From Candidatus Gottesmanbacteria bacterium GW2011_GWC1_43_10 (GTDB taxonomy: Bacteria > Patescibacteriota > Microgenomatia > UBA10105), in assembly GCA_000995415.1 (NCBI GenBank), contig LCEX01000008.1, positions 8,398-72,397 on the forward strand: a DNA stretch of 64,000 nucleotides. Reading direction: 5' to 3'. The notes below the pieces were generated by a model, which made no database searches, had not been told where the DNA came from, and was given only the letters and a program-made list of their open reading frames with translations. The position numbers were made by a program, and so were the translations under genes. This document shows positions 11,047 to 19,907 of the stretch, in pieces (the first letter of the stretch is position 1; each line of letters starts with the position of its first letter).

Positions 11047-11140
11047 TAATTATCCAATAATCCAATTTCAAATTCTCAAATTATCCAATTTTTTATTGGT
11101 ACTTATTGGATAATTGGATAATTTGCTGATTGGATAATTT
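11047..11140. repeat. AT-rich word-palindrome (ATTATCCAAT / ATTGGATAAT arms) between uxs and the gmd-like gene
   Basis: ATTATCCAATAATCCAAT...ATTGGATAATTGGATAAT imperfect inverted repeat. Confidence 0.5.
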
Positions 11141-12103
11141 TTATACGTTTTCTCTCCAGTAATTTAGGAGGTCAGACATCGTTTTTTCAAAAGGAATTTC
11201 CGGTTTCCAACCTGTTTTCGTTACAAACTTCGTATTGTCACCAATCAATACTTCAACGTCTGATGGCCGCATCCGGGTCGGATCAGGTTTAATCTCAACT
11301 TTGACTTTGGACATACCTGTAAGTAAATCAAGTACATCCTTGATTTTCCAGGCTTTGCCGGTAGCGATATTGTAAGCTTCACCCGGATCGCATTTTTGAA
11401 CTGCTAGATAATAAGCGCGTACCATATCCCGGACATCAGTATAATCCCGCCGTGCTTCTAGGTTACCGACATGCACTACAGGCTCACGCTTGCCTTTTTC
11501 AATTTCGGCAATTTGTTTGGCGAAACTGGATTCGGCAAACACTTCGCCCCGGCGGGGACCAGTATGGTTAAAACCGCGGGTACGAATAATATTCATTTGA
11601 TAACTTTGGTGATATTGATAACCCAAATAATCCATGGCCAGCTTGGAAACTGCATATGGAGACAAAGGCCGCATCGGATTGGTTTCTTTTATCGGCACTT
11701 CGTTTGGTAACACTTTGCCGTATTCTTCTGAAGAACAAGCTATCTGAATCGGCACCGGTAAACCGGTTTTTCGTACTGCTTCAAACAGATGTGCACTCCC
11801 GATGATGTTGACTTCCAATGTCTGGGTTGGTGATGCCCAGGATGATTGCACAAATGACTGAGCTGCCAAATGAAATATATAGTCAGGTTTGATTTTATCA
11901 ATCACGGTATATAAAGAATGTGCGTCAAGCAAATCAGCTTCTTCAATTTTGATTTTATCTTGGATTGCTTCAATATTTTCCGTTTTTGAACGCCATCTTT
12001 GGATACCATATACTTCAACCCCTTCGGTAAGAAGTAATTCCGCCATGTGACTACCCACAAATCCGGTGATTCCGGTAATTAATGCTTTTTTGCCTTTATT
12101 CAT
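11141..12103 (-). CDS. GDP-mannose 4,6-dehydratase / GDP-4-keto-6-deoxymannose reductase family extended SDR (Gmd/Rmd-like)
   Basis: ALITGITGFVGSHMAELL, YAVSKLAMDY, FNHTGPRRGE, C-terminal GWKPEI. 320 aa. Confidence 0.6.
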   Translation of the reverse strand: MNKGKKALITGITGFVGSHMAELLLTEGVEVYGIQRWRSKTENIEAIQDKIKIEEADLLDAHSLYTVIDKIKPDYIFHLAAQSFVQSSWASPTQTLEVNIIGSAHLFEAVRKTGLPVPIQIACSSEEYGKVLPNEVPIKETNPMRPLSPYAVSKLAMDYLGYQYHQSYQMNIIRTRGFNHTGPRRGEVFAESSFAKQIAEIEKGKREPVVHVGNLEARRDYTDVRDMVRAYYLAVQKCDPGEAYNIATGKAWKIKDVLDLLTGMSKVKVEIKPDPTRMRPSDVEVLIGDNTKFVTKTGWKPEIPFEKTMSDLLNYWRENV

Positions 12104-12245
12104 AAAACCCCCTATAAAAAAATTAAAATGTAAAAATCAAAATTACAATGTAAAAACCTAAAATTTTATAATTTTAAACTGTCATTTTATTTGGCAAAAC
12201 CAGATCTAGCTCCGCTAAACATTTTGCATTTTAAATTTTAGATTA
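12104..12245. repeat. AT-rich intergenic repeat (AAAATGTAAAAATCAAAAT / AACTGTCATTTT words), homologous to 13539..13650
   Basis: Shares TTAAAATGTAAAWATCAAAAT...CAATGT and TTTTAAACTGTCATTTT blocks with the ugd-upstream region. Confidence 0.5.
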
Positions 12246-13538
12246 TTACGATCTACCAACACCAAAATACTCAAATCCCTGCTTTCTCACCTTTACCGGA
12301 TCATACATGTTTCGACCATCAAAAAGAATGGGATGTTTCATGCTAGTAAGAATTTTCTTGAGATCAAGCTGTTTAAATTCATTCCATTCTGTGATCACGA
12401 CTAATGCATCGACACCACTCGCCACTTCATAAGCATTTTCAAGATAAGTTACATTATGCAATAATTTTTTAGCATTTTCCATGGCCACCGGATCAAAGGC
12501 CCGGATTTTGGCACCCGCATTTTGGAGGGCCGTGATGATTTTGACAGAAGGCGCTTCACGCATATCGTCGGTATTTGGCTTGAAAGACAAACCCAAAATG
12601 CCAACAGTTTTACCCTTGATAGGCGACAAAACAGTTTCTATTTTTTTAATGAAAAACTTGCTCGCTTGTTCATTGATATTATCGACTGATTTAAGAAGTT
12701 GAAAATCATAACCGACACTATCGGCAATCGCAATCAAAGCTTTTACATCTTTGGGGAAACAACTGCCTCCATAACCCACACCGGGATAGAGAAATGCCCG
12801 CCCGAGACGATTATCGAGACCCACCCCTTCCAATACCTTTTCCACATCAGCCCCTACTCGTTCTGATAAAAAAGCTACTGCATTGGCAAAAGAAATTTTG
12901 GTCGAAAGGAGTGAATTGGAGGCATACTTAATCATTTCGGCAGTTTCGATGTTTGAAATAACCGTTTTGCCATTAATTGGTTTATGCAGATCCACTATCA
13001 CTTTTTGGGCTTTGGGACTTTCTACTCCTATCACTACCCGATCTGGATGCATGGTGTCATTTAAAGCTGTACCTTCACGTAAAAATTCAGGACACGATGC
13101 AATATCATAAGTTGCTTTGTCAGGTTTGACACTCGCAACAATCGCGCCTACCTTACGATTGGTTCCCGGAGGTACAGTACTTTTGGTAGCCACAACTGTA
13201 TAACCATCCAAATTTTTACCGATTTCCCCAGCCGCGGCAAATACGGCTGTCAAGTCTGCTTCACCGGTTTTTTTGGGAGGAGTACCTACTGCAATAAACA
13301 CGACTTCAGATTCTGGTACGGCTTCTTCATATTTGAGAGTGCATTTGATACGGCCGGCTGCCAAATTCCTGCGCACCATTTCTTCGAGTCCCGGCTCATA
13401 AAAAGGCATGATCCCTTTTTTGAGTTTTTCGATTTTTTCAGGTGTGTGCCCGACAATCCACACCGTATTACCCAAATCAGCAAAAACAGCTGCAGTTACC
13501 AGTCCGACATACCCATGGCCAATAAAAGCAATTACCAT
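12246..13538 (-). CDS. ugd: UDP-glucose 6-dehydrogenase
   Basis: VIAFIGHGYVGLVTA Rossmann region, GGSCFPKDV catalytic Cys motif, 430 aa. Confidence 0.85.
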   Translation of the reverse strand: MVIAFIGHGYVGLVTAAVFADLGNTVWIVGHTPEKIEKLKKGIMPFYEPGLEEMVRRNLAAGRIKCTLKYEEAVPESEVVFIAVGTPPKKTGEADLTAVFAAAGEIGKNLDGYTVVATKSTVPPGTNRKVGAIVASVKPDKATYDIASCPEFLREGTALNDTMHPDRVVIGVESPKAQKVIVDLHKPINGKTVISNIETAEMIKYASNSLLSTKISFANAVAFLSERVGADVEKVLEGVGLDNRLGRAFLYPGVGYGGSCFPKDVKALIAIADSVGYDFQLLKSVDNINEQASKFFIKKIETVLSPIKGKTVGILGLSFKPNTDDMREAPSVKIITALQNAGAKIRAFDPVAMENAKKLLHNVTYLENAYEVASGVDALVVITEWNEFKQLDLKKILTSMKHPILFDGRNMYDPVKVRKQGFEYFGVGRS

Positions 13539-13650
13539 AAATTTAAAATGTAAATATCAAAATGCAAAATGACAATGTGAAATTTTAAAATTAGTATATC
13601 TTTTTACATTTTTAACTGTCATTTTGATTTTTGCATTTTGCACTTTGCAT
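13539..13650. repeat. AT-rich imperfect palindrome (AAAATGCAAAATGACAATG / CTGTCATTTTGATTTTTGCATTTTGCAC) between the rmlD-like gene and ugd
   Basis: Inverted arms built from the same words as 12104..12245. Confidence 0.5.
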
Positions 13651-14526
13651 TTATATGATCCCTTGTCTCTTTATTTCTTCCAAACCTTGACCAAATGCCC
13701 TCATTGTAACTCCCAAAGAAGCTATTTTATCATTTTTAAGACGTAACTCAAGGGGCCGCGGCGCCCGACCTTGGTAATAGCCGGCAGTTTTGACACCAGT
13801 TATCAATCGCTCATCAAAACCAAACTGTCTGGCTAAAACCTGTGCCGCCTCAAAGGGTGAAAGGGACGCGCCTCCTACTCCATGATAAATTCCTGAGGCA
13901 TTTTTAGCAATAAGGGTTTCAATGCTTTTGGCAATATCATCTATAAAAGTAGGCGTAAAAATATGGTCAGTTAAAACCGTCAATGATTCGTTTCTCTGCA
14001 AACGATGATACAGTGTATGAACAAAATCTTTTTTAGGGCCACCGCATTTGGCACGGTAAGGATAAGCTATGCGGAGTACTATATTTTGAGAGCTATTAAG
14101 CACCACTTGTTCACCTGCATATTTAGTTTGACCATACCAATTGATAGGATGCGGAATTGAATTTTCGGTATAAACTTTTTCCGTTCCGTCAAATACAAAA
14201 TCTGTAGAGATATAAAGCACTCGTTTATGAAACTGGTCTGCTGCTTCTACAATATTTCTGGTGCCTTCGACATTGATTTGCCAGGCAGCGCCTGTTTGAC
14301 CTGCTGATTTATCTTTTTCGCAGCCGTCAACATCGGTTTTGGCAGCCATATGGATCACCCATGCGCTTTGTGAATTTTGTATGTGTTTTGTGACGACTTC
14401 TTTTTGGGTGATATCAACTCCAGTTGCCAAACTTAAATCGGTAAATGAGTATTTGGAATCCAAAAGTTCCACTATTCGTGTACCCACCAAACCTGAAAGG
14501 CCAGTACCAAGGATTACTTGTTTCAT
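13651..14526 (-). CDS. dTDP-4-dehydro-6-deoxyhexose reductase (RmlD family)
   Basis: 291 aa. YISTDFVFDG matches the RmlD STDYVFDG motif. N-terminal GTGLSGLVG. Confidence 0.65.
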   Translation of the reverse strand: MKQVILGTGLSGLVGTRIVELLDSKYSFTDLSLATGVDITQKEVVTKHIQNSQSAWVIHMAAKTDVDGCEKDKSAGQTGAAWQINVEGTRNIVEAADQFHKRVLYISTDFVFDGTEKVYTENSIPHPINWYGQTKYAGEQVVLNSSQNIVLRIAYPYRAKCGGPKKDFVHTLYHRLQRNESLTVLTDHIFTPTFIDDIAKSIETLIAKNASGIYHGVGGASLSPFEAAQVLARQFGFDERLITGVKTAGYYQGRAPRPLELRLKNDKIASLGVTMRAFGQGLEEIKRQGII

Positions 14527-14615
14527 AACACAAAAGTTCCCCCTCTTAAGGCAAGTGCGAGGGTTAGGGGGAGTTATGAAGTTATTTGAATAACCCCTCC
14601 TTATCTCCCCTTAAT
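14527..14615. repeat. GC-rich compound palindromic intergenic repeat (family 2) between rfbB and the rmlD-like gene
   Basis: CCCCCTCTTAAGGCAAGTGCGAGGGTTAGGGGGAGTTATGAAGTTATTTGAATAACCCCTCCTTATCTCCCCTTAATTTAAGGGGAGG shares the GAGTTATGAA...ATAACCCCTCC core with 25030..25140. Confidence 0.6.
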
Positions 14616-15632
14616 TTAAGGGGAGGTATTATACTGCATTTTATAATAATTTTGGTACTCACCACTCTTTACGTGTTTCCACCATTCTTGATTTTCTTTA
14701 TACCAATTGATAGTAGTTTGCAAATAAGTATCAAAATCATGAAGTGGTGCCCAACCAAGTTCTTTTTGAATTTTGGTCCAATCAATCGCGTATCTGCGGT
14801 CGTGACCCGGTCGATCTTTGACAAATTCAATCGTTGACTCAGTCTTACCCATAAGACCCGCGATTTTCTTAACGATTTCGAGATTTGAAATGTCGCTAGT
14901 TAATCCTCCCACACAATAAGTCTCACCAATTTTACCTTTTTGAAAAACCGTTTCAATTGCCCGACAGTGATCTTCTACGTATAACCAATCACGCACGTAC
15001 AATCCATCTCCATAGACCGGAACTTTTTTGCCTTCAAGTAAATTGGTGATTGCAAGTGGAATCAACTTCTCCGGATGCTGAAAGGGGCCGTAGTTGTTGG
15101 AACAATTGGTGATCGTAGTTGGAAGTCCATAAGTGTGATAATAAGCCCGGACAAGATGATCAGATCCGGCTTTACTCGCAGAATAAGGGCTGCGGGGATC
15201 ATAAATCGTGGTCTCGGAAAATTTTTCCGTGGTATTTAATTTTAGTGCACCAAAGACTTCATCGGTGGAGACATGATGGAAATGTTTGACTTTTTGTTTG
15301 ACTGCGGCGTCCAACAAAACTTGCGTTCCCAATACATTGGTACGCACAAAAATGGCCGGACCGGAAATAGATCTATCAACATGCGATTCAGCTGCAAAAT
15401 GGACCACTGTATCAACACCCTGCATGACTTTCTCAACTATTGAAGAATCCGTAATGTCGCCTTTGATAAATGAATAGTGGGGATTTTTTTCAACTTCAAC
15501 CAGGTTTTCCAGATTTCCAGCATAAGTTAATGCATCAAGGTTGACGATCGTGTCATCGGGATGATTTTTCAGCCAGTACAAAATAAAGTTGGAGCCGATA
15601 AATCCCGCTCCGCCAGTTACAAGTAATTTCAT
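14616..15632 (-). CDS. rfbB: dTDP-glucose 4,6-dehydratase
   Basis: MKLLVTGGAGFIGSNF...LDALTYAGNLENL, YSASKAGSDHLVRAY, 338 aa. Confidence 0.9.
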   Translation of the reverse strand: MKLLVTGGAGFIGSNFILYWLKNHPDDTIVNLDALTYAGNLENLVEVEKNPHYSFIKGDITDSSIVEKVMQGVDTVVHFAAESHVDRSISGPAIFVRTNVLGTQVLLDAAVKQKVKHFHHVSTDEVFGALKLNTTEKFSETTIYDPRSPYSASKAGSDHLVRAYYHTYGLPTTITNCSNNYGPFQHPEKLIPLAITNLLEGKKVPVYGDGLYVRDWLYVEDHCRAIETVFQKGKIGETYCVGGLTSDISNLEIVKKIAGLMGKTESTIEFVKDRPGHDRRYAIDWTKIQKELGWAPLHDFDTYLQTTINWYKENQEWWKHVKSGEYQNYYKMQYNTSP

Positions 15633-16171
15633 AAATTTGAACTTTTGTTTAAATATACTTCAAGTAGATGAAACGCGCAAATTGTTGGTCCATCTAATAT
15701 TTTTCCTTGTGCAATCATCATGTCTACTTTTTTAATGGATATTTTTTGTACTTCAAGAAGTTCATTTTCTTCTGGATGAGGTTTCCCCAAAGAAAGACTT
15801 TGCGCGACAAAGACGGAAACTTTTTGATTTGAAATTGAATTGGCAATATAAAAACTACCGATCTCCCTCCATTCTTTGGCCGTAATTCCTGTTTCCTCCC
15901 CAAGTTCTTGTTGCGCCATTTCAAGCGGAGTTTTATTTACAACAGACCCCATAGGAAATTCCCAGGAGTAACGCGATGTTGGATAACGATATTGACTAAC
16001 TAAATAGGTTTCTTTTTTATCGTTTAAAGGAATTACAACAGAAAAATTACGACGTTCTATACTATAATACGGAGCTCGAACATTATTTGGACGTATAACA
16101 TCATGTTCGTAAACGGTCAAGTACGGACTTGAATAAACTTTTTTTGAAGACAGTGTTTGCCATTTTTTCAT
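15629..16171 (-). CDS. Nudix hydrolase (NDP-sugar / ADP-ribose pyrophosphatase-like)
   Basis: Degenerate Nudix box GSVVNKTPLEMAQQELGEETG. 180 aa. ATGA overlap with rfbB. Confidence 0.6.
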   Translation of the reverse strand: MKKWQTLSSKKVYSSPYLTVYEHDVIRPNNVRAPYYSIERRNFSVVIPLNDKKETYLVSQYRYPTSRYSWEFPMGSVVNKTPLEMAQQELGEETGITAKEWREIGSFYIANSISNQKVSVFVAQSLSLGKPHPEENELLEVQKISIKKVDMMIAQGKILDGPTICAFHLLEVYLNKSSNL

Positions 16172-16591
16172 TTACTTCACTATTCCTTGCTCGAGTTCTT
16201 CTTGAGTATAATCCACCTGCTCATCTTTTAGTGATGGATCATAAGGCGGATCTGGATAATTGATGAGCCAAGCTTCCTCATCACTGACACATTGTAGACC
16301 AGTAGGTGTTTCTCTGGGAATATATATCCGTTTACCAGGCGTTAAGATATGTTCCTCTCTTTTGCCGGAAATATAAAGAATGATTTTCATCGTCCCTTTA
16401 AGGCAAATATAGCGGGCGGCGCGGATGCGGTGCAAATGATAGCCTTTGAATGCTCCCGGCAAAGCTGCCGAAATATAAGCTATAGTTTTATCACCTTCTT
16501 TAAACAGTTCCATGAGCCACCCATTTTCTTTTCCGTCCAGGTCATAGGTCGCGACTTTTTTGGCTGTGTCTTCAATCACTTGAGTGATCAT
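16172..16591 (-). CDS. FdtA/WxcM-like cupin (dTDP-4-keto-6-deoxyhexose 3,4-ketoisomerase-like), standing in the RmlC position
   Basis: 139 aa. KGYHLHRIRAARYICLKGTMKIIL parallels the FdtA RGFHAHKKLEQVLVCLNGSCRVIL His-His motif. Confidence 0.5.
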   Translation of the reverse strand: MITQVIEDTAKKVATYDLDGKENGWLMELFKEGDKTIAYISAALPGAFKGYHLHRIRAARYICLKGTMKIILYISGKREEHILTPGKRIYIPRETPTGLQCVSDEEAWLINYPDPPYDPSLKDEQVDYTQEELEQGIVK

Positions 16592-16593
16592 AT

Positions 16594-17331
16594 TTATTCG
16601 TTTCCTGTTTTCACGAGTTCTGCGACTAAATTGTTCGCGCGCAGCAGTTCATCATAAGAAGTCCCGGCATCAATCCACCAACCTTCCATCACTTCGCAGG
16701 TCATCGTACCTTCTTTCAAGTACGAGTTATTTAAATCAGTGACCTCCAATTCGCCCCGGGCTGATGGCTTGAGCCGGCGAATAAAATCATAGACACGTGC
16801 GTCATACATGTAAATTCCGGTTTGAGCCAGATCTGATTTGGGATGCTCGGGTTTTTCTTCTATCGAAACCACTTTGTGGTGTTTGTCCAACTCTATCACT
16901 CCGTACTGTTTGCTGTCGGTTGGCATATGCTTGGCAAAGACTTTGGCGCCTTTGGCTTGTCTTTCAAAATCAGTGACCGCACTACTTAAGTTGTGGGTAA
17001 AAATATTATCACCTAAAATCACCAGAATTTTTTCCTGACCGGAAAAATCTTCACCCAGAGCAATAGCTTGAGGGATGCCACCAGCATCTTCCTGGATGGC
17101 ATAGGATAATTTGAGTTGAAAATCCCGCCCGGATTTAAGTAAGTTTATAAACTGGGGCAAATGTTCAACCGAACTGGTGATCAAAACCTCTTGGATTCCC
17201 GCCCGTTGCATCGATTCCAACGCATAAAAAATCATCGGTTTGTGGTAAACCGGCAACAAATGTTTATTTGTCACCCAAGTCAAGGGTCTCAATCGAGTCG
17301 CTTTGCCTCCGGCTAAAATCACGCCCTTCAT
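16594..17331 (-). CDS. rmlA: Glucose-1-phosphate thymidylyltransferase (short form)
   Basis: GVILAGGKATRLRPLTWVTNKHLLPVYHKPMIFYALESM matches the RmlA N-terminus. 245 aa. Confidence 0.75.
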   Translation of the reverse strand: MKGVILAGGKATRLRPLTWVTNKHLLPVYHKPMIFYALESMQRAGIQEVLITSSVEHLPQFINLLKSGRDFQLKLSYAIQEDAGGIPQAIALGEDFSGQEKILVILGDNIFTHNLSSAVTDFERQAKGAKVFAKHMPTDSKQYGVIELDKHHKVVSIEEKPEHPKSDLAQTGIYMYDARVYDFIRRLKPSARGELEVTDLNNSYLKEGTMTCEVMEGWWIDAGTSYDELLRANNLVAELVKTGNE

Positions 17332-17338
17332 AATATTT

Positions 17339-17653
17339 TCAATAAATATAAGTCAAAAGTGTCCACACAAGGGAAACCCCCAATCCGGCAATAGCCACAT
17401 ATTCTACCACAATCTTCCAGTTTAAGTCACGGTCATAAAGATGGTGGAAAATCCCCCAAAAGGCATAAGCTAGGCCGGTGATGACAATAATTTGTAATTG
17501 CTTTCCGCTCTGCCCCATACTTTTGGCAAAAGACACAAATCCGATAGTCATCAAAAGCAACAAAATAAAAAACTGCAGATCGTGATGGTGATAGTGATAA
17601 TGCCGATGACTTAAGTGCATACCTATATTATACTCCCAAAAGACATGAGCCAA
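17339..17653 (-). CDS. Small His-rich membrane protein (hypothetical)
   Basis: 104 aa, 3 predicted TM segments, HLSHRHYHYHHHD segment. Overlaps the 3' end of the CAP protein gene by 31 nt. Confidence 0.3.
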   Translation of the reverse strand: MAHVFWEYNIGMHLSHRHYHYHHHDLQFFILLLLMTIGFVSFAKSMGQSGKQLQIIVITGLAYAFWGIFHHLYDRDLNWKIVVEYVAIAGLGVSLVWTLLTYIY

Positions 17654-18579
17654 ACCATACCGGTGATGATAAATAAGAAAAGCAAATGAGCTGTGTTGCG
17701 TCCGCTTGCGCGTACGATCCGGTGGCGCCAGACATAAACCCCATCTGCCACTAATAGCAACATCAGGAGACTTGATAATCCTAAGAGAAAGTTTTTGGAG
17801 ATTTTCCCGATATCAAAAAGCGGCGATTTGACGACTGAATCAGCCAACCCGGAAACTACGTTTCGCGGAGAGGGTGCCACCACTGCTCCTGTCGGAGTAG
17901 CTTCATCACTCACAAATCTGGCTACCGGCGTACTTTCTGTCTCGGCATTGACTTGGGCAATTGGTAGTCCTTCGGGTTGGCTGGGAAGTTTATTGGCCAA
18001 ATTAGCATTGGCGCTAGCCAGACTTTTACCAAACATTTGCACTACTAGTGTCGTCTCTTCACCATTTAAGACCCCGTTGACTACAGCATAACCCACATCT
18101 TCATATTGCGCCCTTAAAATGTTTTCGCGATGCGAAGGTGAGTTCATCCATGCCTCAACTACCCCGGATGAATCATTGAAGTTTTTAGCTAAATTTTCGC
18201 CGGCGACAGTGTAGACGTAACCTGAACTATTGATAAAATCCCAGGGTGTCGTCCCGTCAGGCGCGGTATGCGCCCAATAACTTTTATTAAACATGTCCCG
18301 GGCTTTTCCGGCTGCGGCTTCGGATAACTGTGAGTTTAGTTTAAGATCTGTTTCACCTGCAGCTATACGCTTGGAGTTAACTAAATCAAGCAATTCATTG
18401 ATACGAATATCAGTCGCAAACCCCAAAATCTGCGGATCGATCCGATGGAGCGTTTGCAAAGATATTCCAATCACCAAAAAAGCAATCACGTAGAGCAGGA
18501 AAAAATCGTGTTGCAGCAGTTTGGCACGAAAATTGTTGGTATGGTGCGGCAAAAATAAATGGTGTAAAAACTCAAACAT
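17623..18579 (-). CDS. CAP/SCP (YkwD-like) domain membrane-anchored protein
   Basis: YWAHTAPDGTTPWDFI...AGENLA...WMNSPSHRENIL...YEDVGYAV CAP motifs. N- and C-terminal TM segments. Confidence 0.65.
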   Translation of the reverse strand: MFEFLHHLFLPHHTNNFRAKLLQHDFFLLYVIAFLVIGISLQTLHRIDPQILGFATDIRINELLDLVNSKRIAAGETDLKLNSQLSEAAAGKARDMFNKSYWAHTAPDGTTPWDFINSSGYVYTVAGENLAKNFNDSSGVVEAWMNSPSHRENILRAQYEDVGYAVVNGVLNGEETTLVVQMFGKSLASANANLANKLPSQPEGLPIAQVNAETESTPVARFVSDEATPTGAVVAPSPRNVVSGLADSVVKSPLFDIGKISKNFLLGLSSLLMLLLVADGVYVWRHRIVRASGRNTAHLLFLFIITGMVWLMSFGSII

Positions 18580-18658
18580 AACAAAAACAAGATCTTTTTT
18601 AAGACCTAGATACAGCTTAGCGTATGCTTGGCGCCAGTTGCAAGAGGGTTGATTGGTT

Positions 18659-19819
18659 TTAGGTCGAACGGATTTTGGCGAAGGCTATAAACAACACCAA
18701 AGCTATCCCGGACATCAAACTCCCGTACCAAAACGTAGCTACGGGACTGACCTTCATCCAAAGGATCCCGCCCAAAAATGAAGCTATGAAACTTCCGATA
18801 GCTATGATGGTTTGATGTAGTCCAAAAAAAGTCCCGGACTCTTTTTGACCGATAAATTCTGCGATATAGGCTTTGGATACACCATCAGTTGCTGCAATAT
18901 ACACGCCGTAAATCGGAAAGAGTAACCAAAACCATAAGGGGTTTTTGATCAATCCAAATGCAAAATAAACGAGCGTAAATACCAGGAGTCCGCCGGCAAA
19001 CACGCGTCGGGGACCGATCCTATCAGCCCAGCTGCCGGCCGGAGTCGCAAACAAAGTTTGTGAGATGTTATACAGCACATAAGTCAGTACCACCAGCGTG
19101 GTAGAAAACCCCAACTGTTTGGCTCGTAGCAATAAAAATGCGTCGGAACTATTGCCCAAGGCAAACAAGAAGCTGATGACTAAAAACAAACGCAGCTTGG
19201 GCGAAATACCCACAAAAGAAAAACTGATTCGTTGTTGGGATACAACAGCGGATTCTGGCCGCTCATGAACAAACAGAACTAAGAGTAAAACTGCAACCAC
19301 TCCCGGAATAAACGCTAAAAAGAAAACCAGGCGCATGTTTTCACGCAACAAAAAGAGTAATGCCAATGCCAACAACGGACCAAACACCGCTCCTAAACTA
19401 TCAAATGCCCGGTGGAACCCAAAAATATACCCTCTGTTGGTAGGAGTTGTATTTTCAAGTAGCAGACTATCCCGCGGTGCCGTCCGCAAACCCTTACCCA
19501 ACCTATCAATAAAACGCGCAAATAAAATCAACGGCCAGATAGTAGCCAGTCCGATCAATATTTTGGAAATAGCTCCCAATGTGTATCCCCAGACCACAAA
19601 AATTTTGCGCTGCTGCCAAAAATCTGACATGTAACCAAAAATAAATTTGGATAAACTCGCGGTAGCTTCGGCCACACCCTCAATCAGCCCGACGACAGCA
19701 ATCGGTGCGCCCAAAACCGAAGTCAGAAAGATCGGCACAATCGGATAGATCATTTCCGCTGCCAAATCGTTGAAAAAACTCACCAAACCTAGAAGAAAAA
19801 CATTTCGCGGTACGCGCAT
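18659..19819 (-). CDS. MFS transporter
   Basis: 386 aa, 12 TM, typical MFS loop motifs (DRLGKG...R). Confidence 0.8.
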   Translation of the reverse strand: MRVPRNVFLLGLVSFFNDLAAEMIYPIVPIFLTSVLGAPIAVVGLIEGVAEATASLSKFIFGYMSDFWQQRKIFVVWGYTLGAISKILIGLATIWPLILFARFIDRLGKGLRTAPRDSLLLENTTPTNRGYIFGFHRAFDSLGAVFGPLLALALLFLLRENMRLVFFLAFIPGVVAVLLLVLFVHERPESAVVSQQRISFSFVGISPKLRLFLVISFLFALGNSSDAFLLLRAKQLGFSTTLVVLTYVLYNISQTLFATPAGSWADRIGPRRVFAGGLLVFTLVYFAFGLIKNPLWFWLLFPIYGVYIAATDGVSKAYIAEFIGQKESGTFFGLHQTIIAIGSFIASFLGGILWMKVSPVATFWYGSLMSGIALVLFIAFAKIRST

Positions 19820-19907
19820 AGTTTAATTGTATACTTTATTTACGAAGTTCAAATAATAATTAGATAGTATCATCATACTTGCAAAAACGGGAGGTACCGG
19901 GCAAAAT

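Noticed and set aside
14586-14837. ORFs 14339..14593 and 14586..14837 on the plus strand
   Set aside because: They overlap rmlD and rfbB antisense and partly translate the intergenic palindromic repeat.
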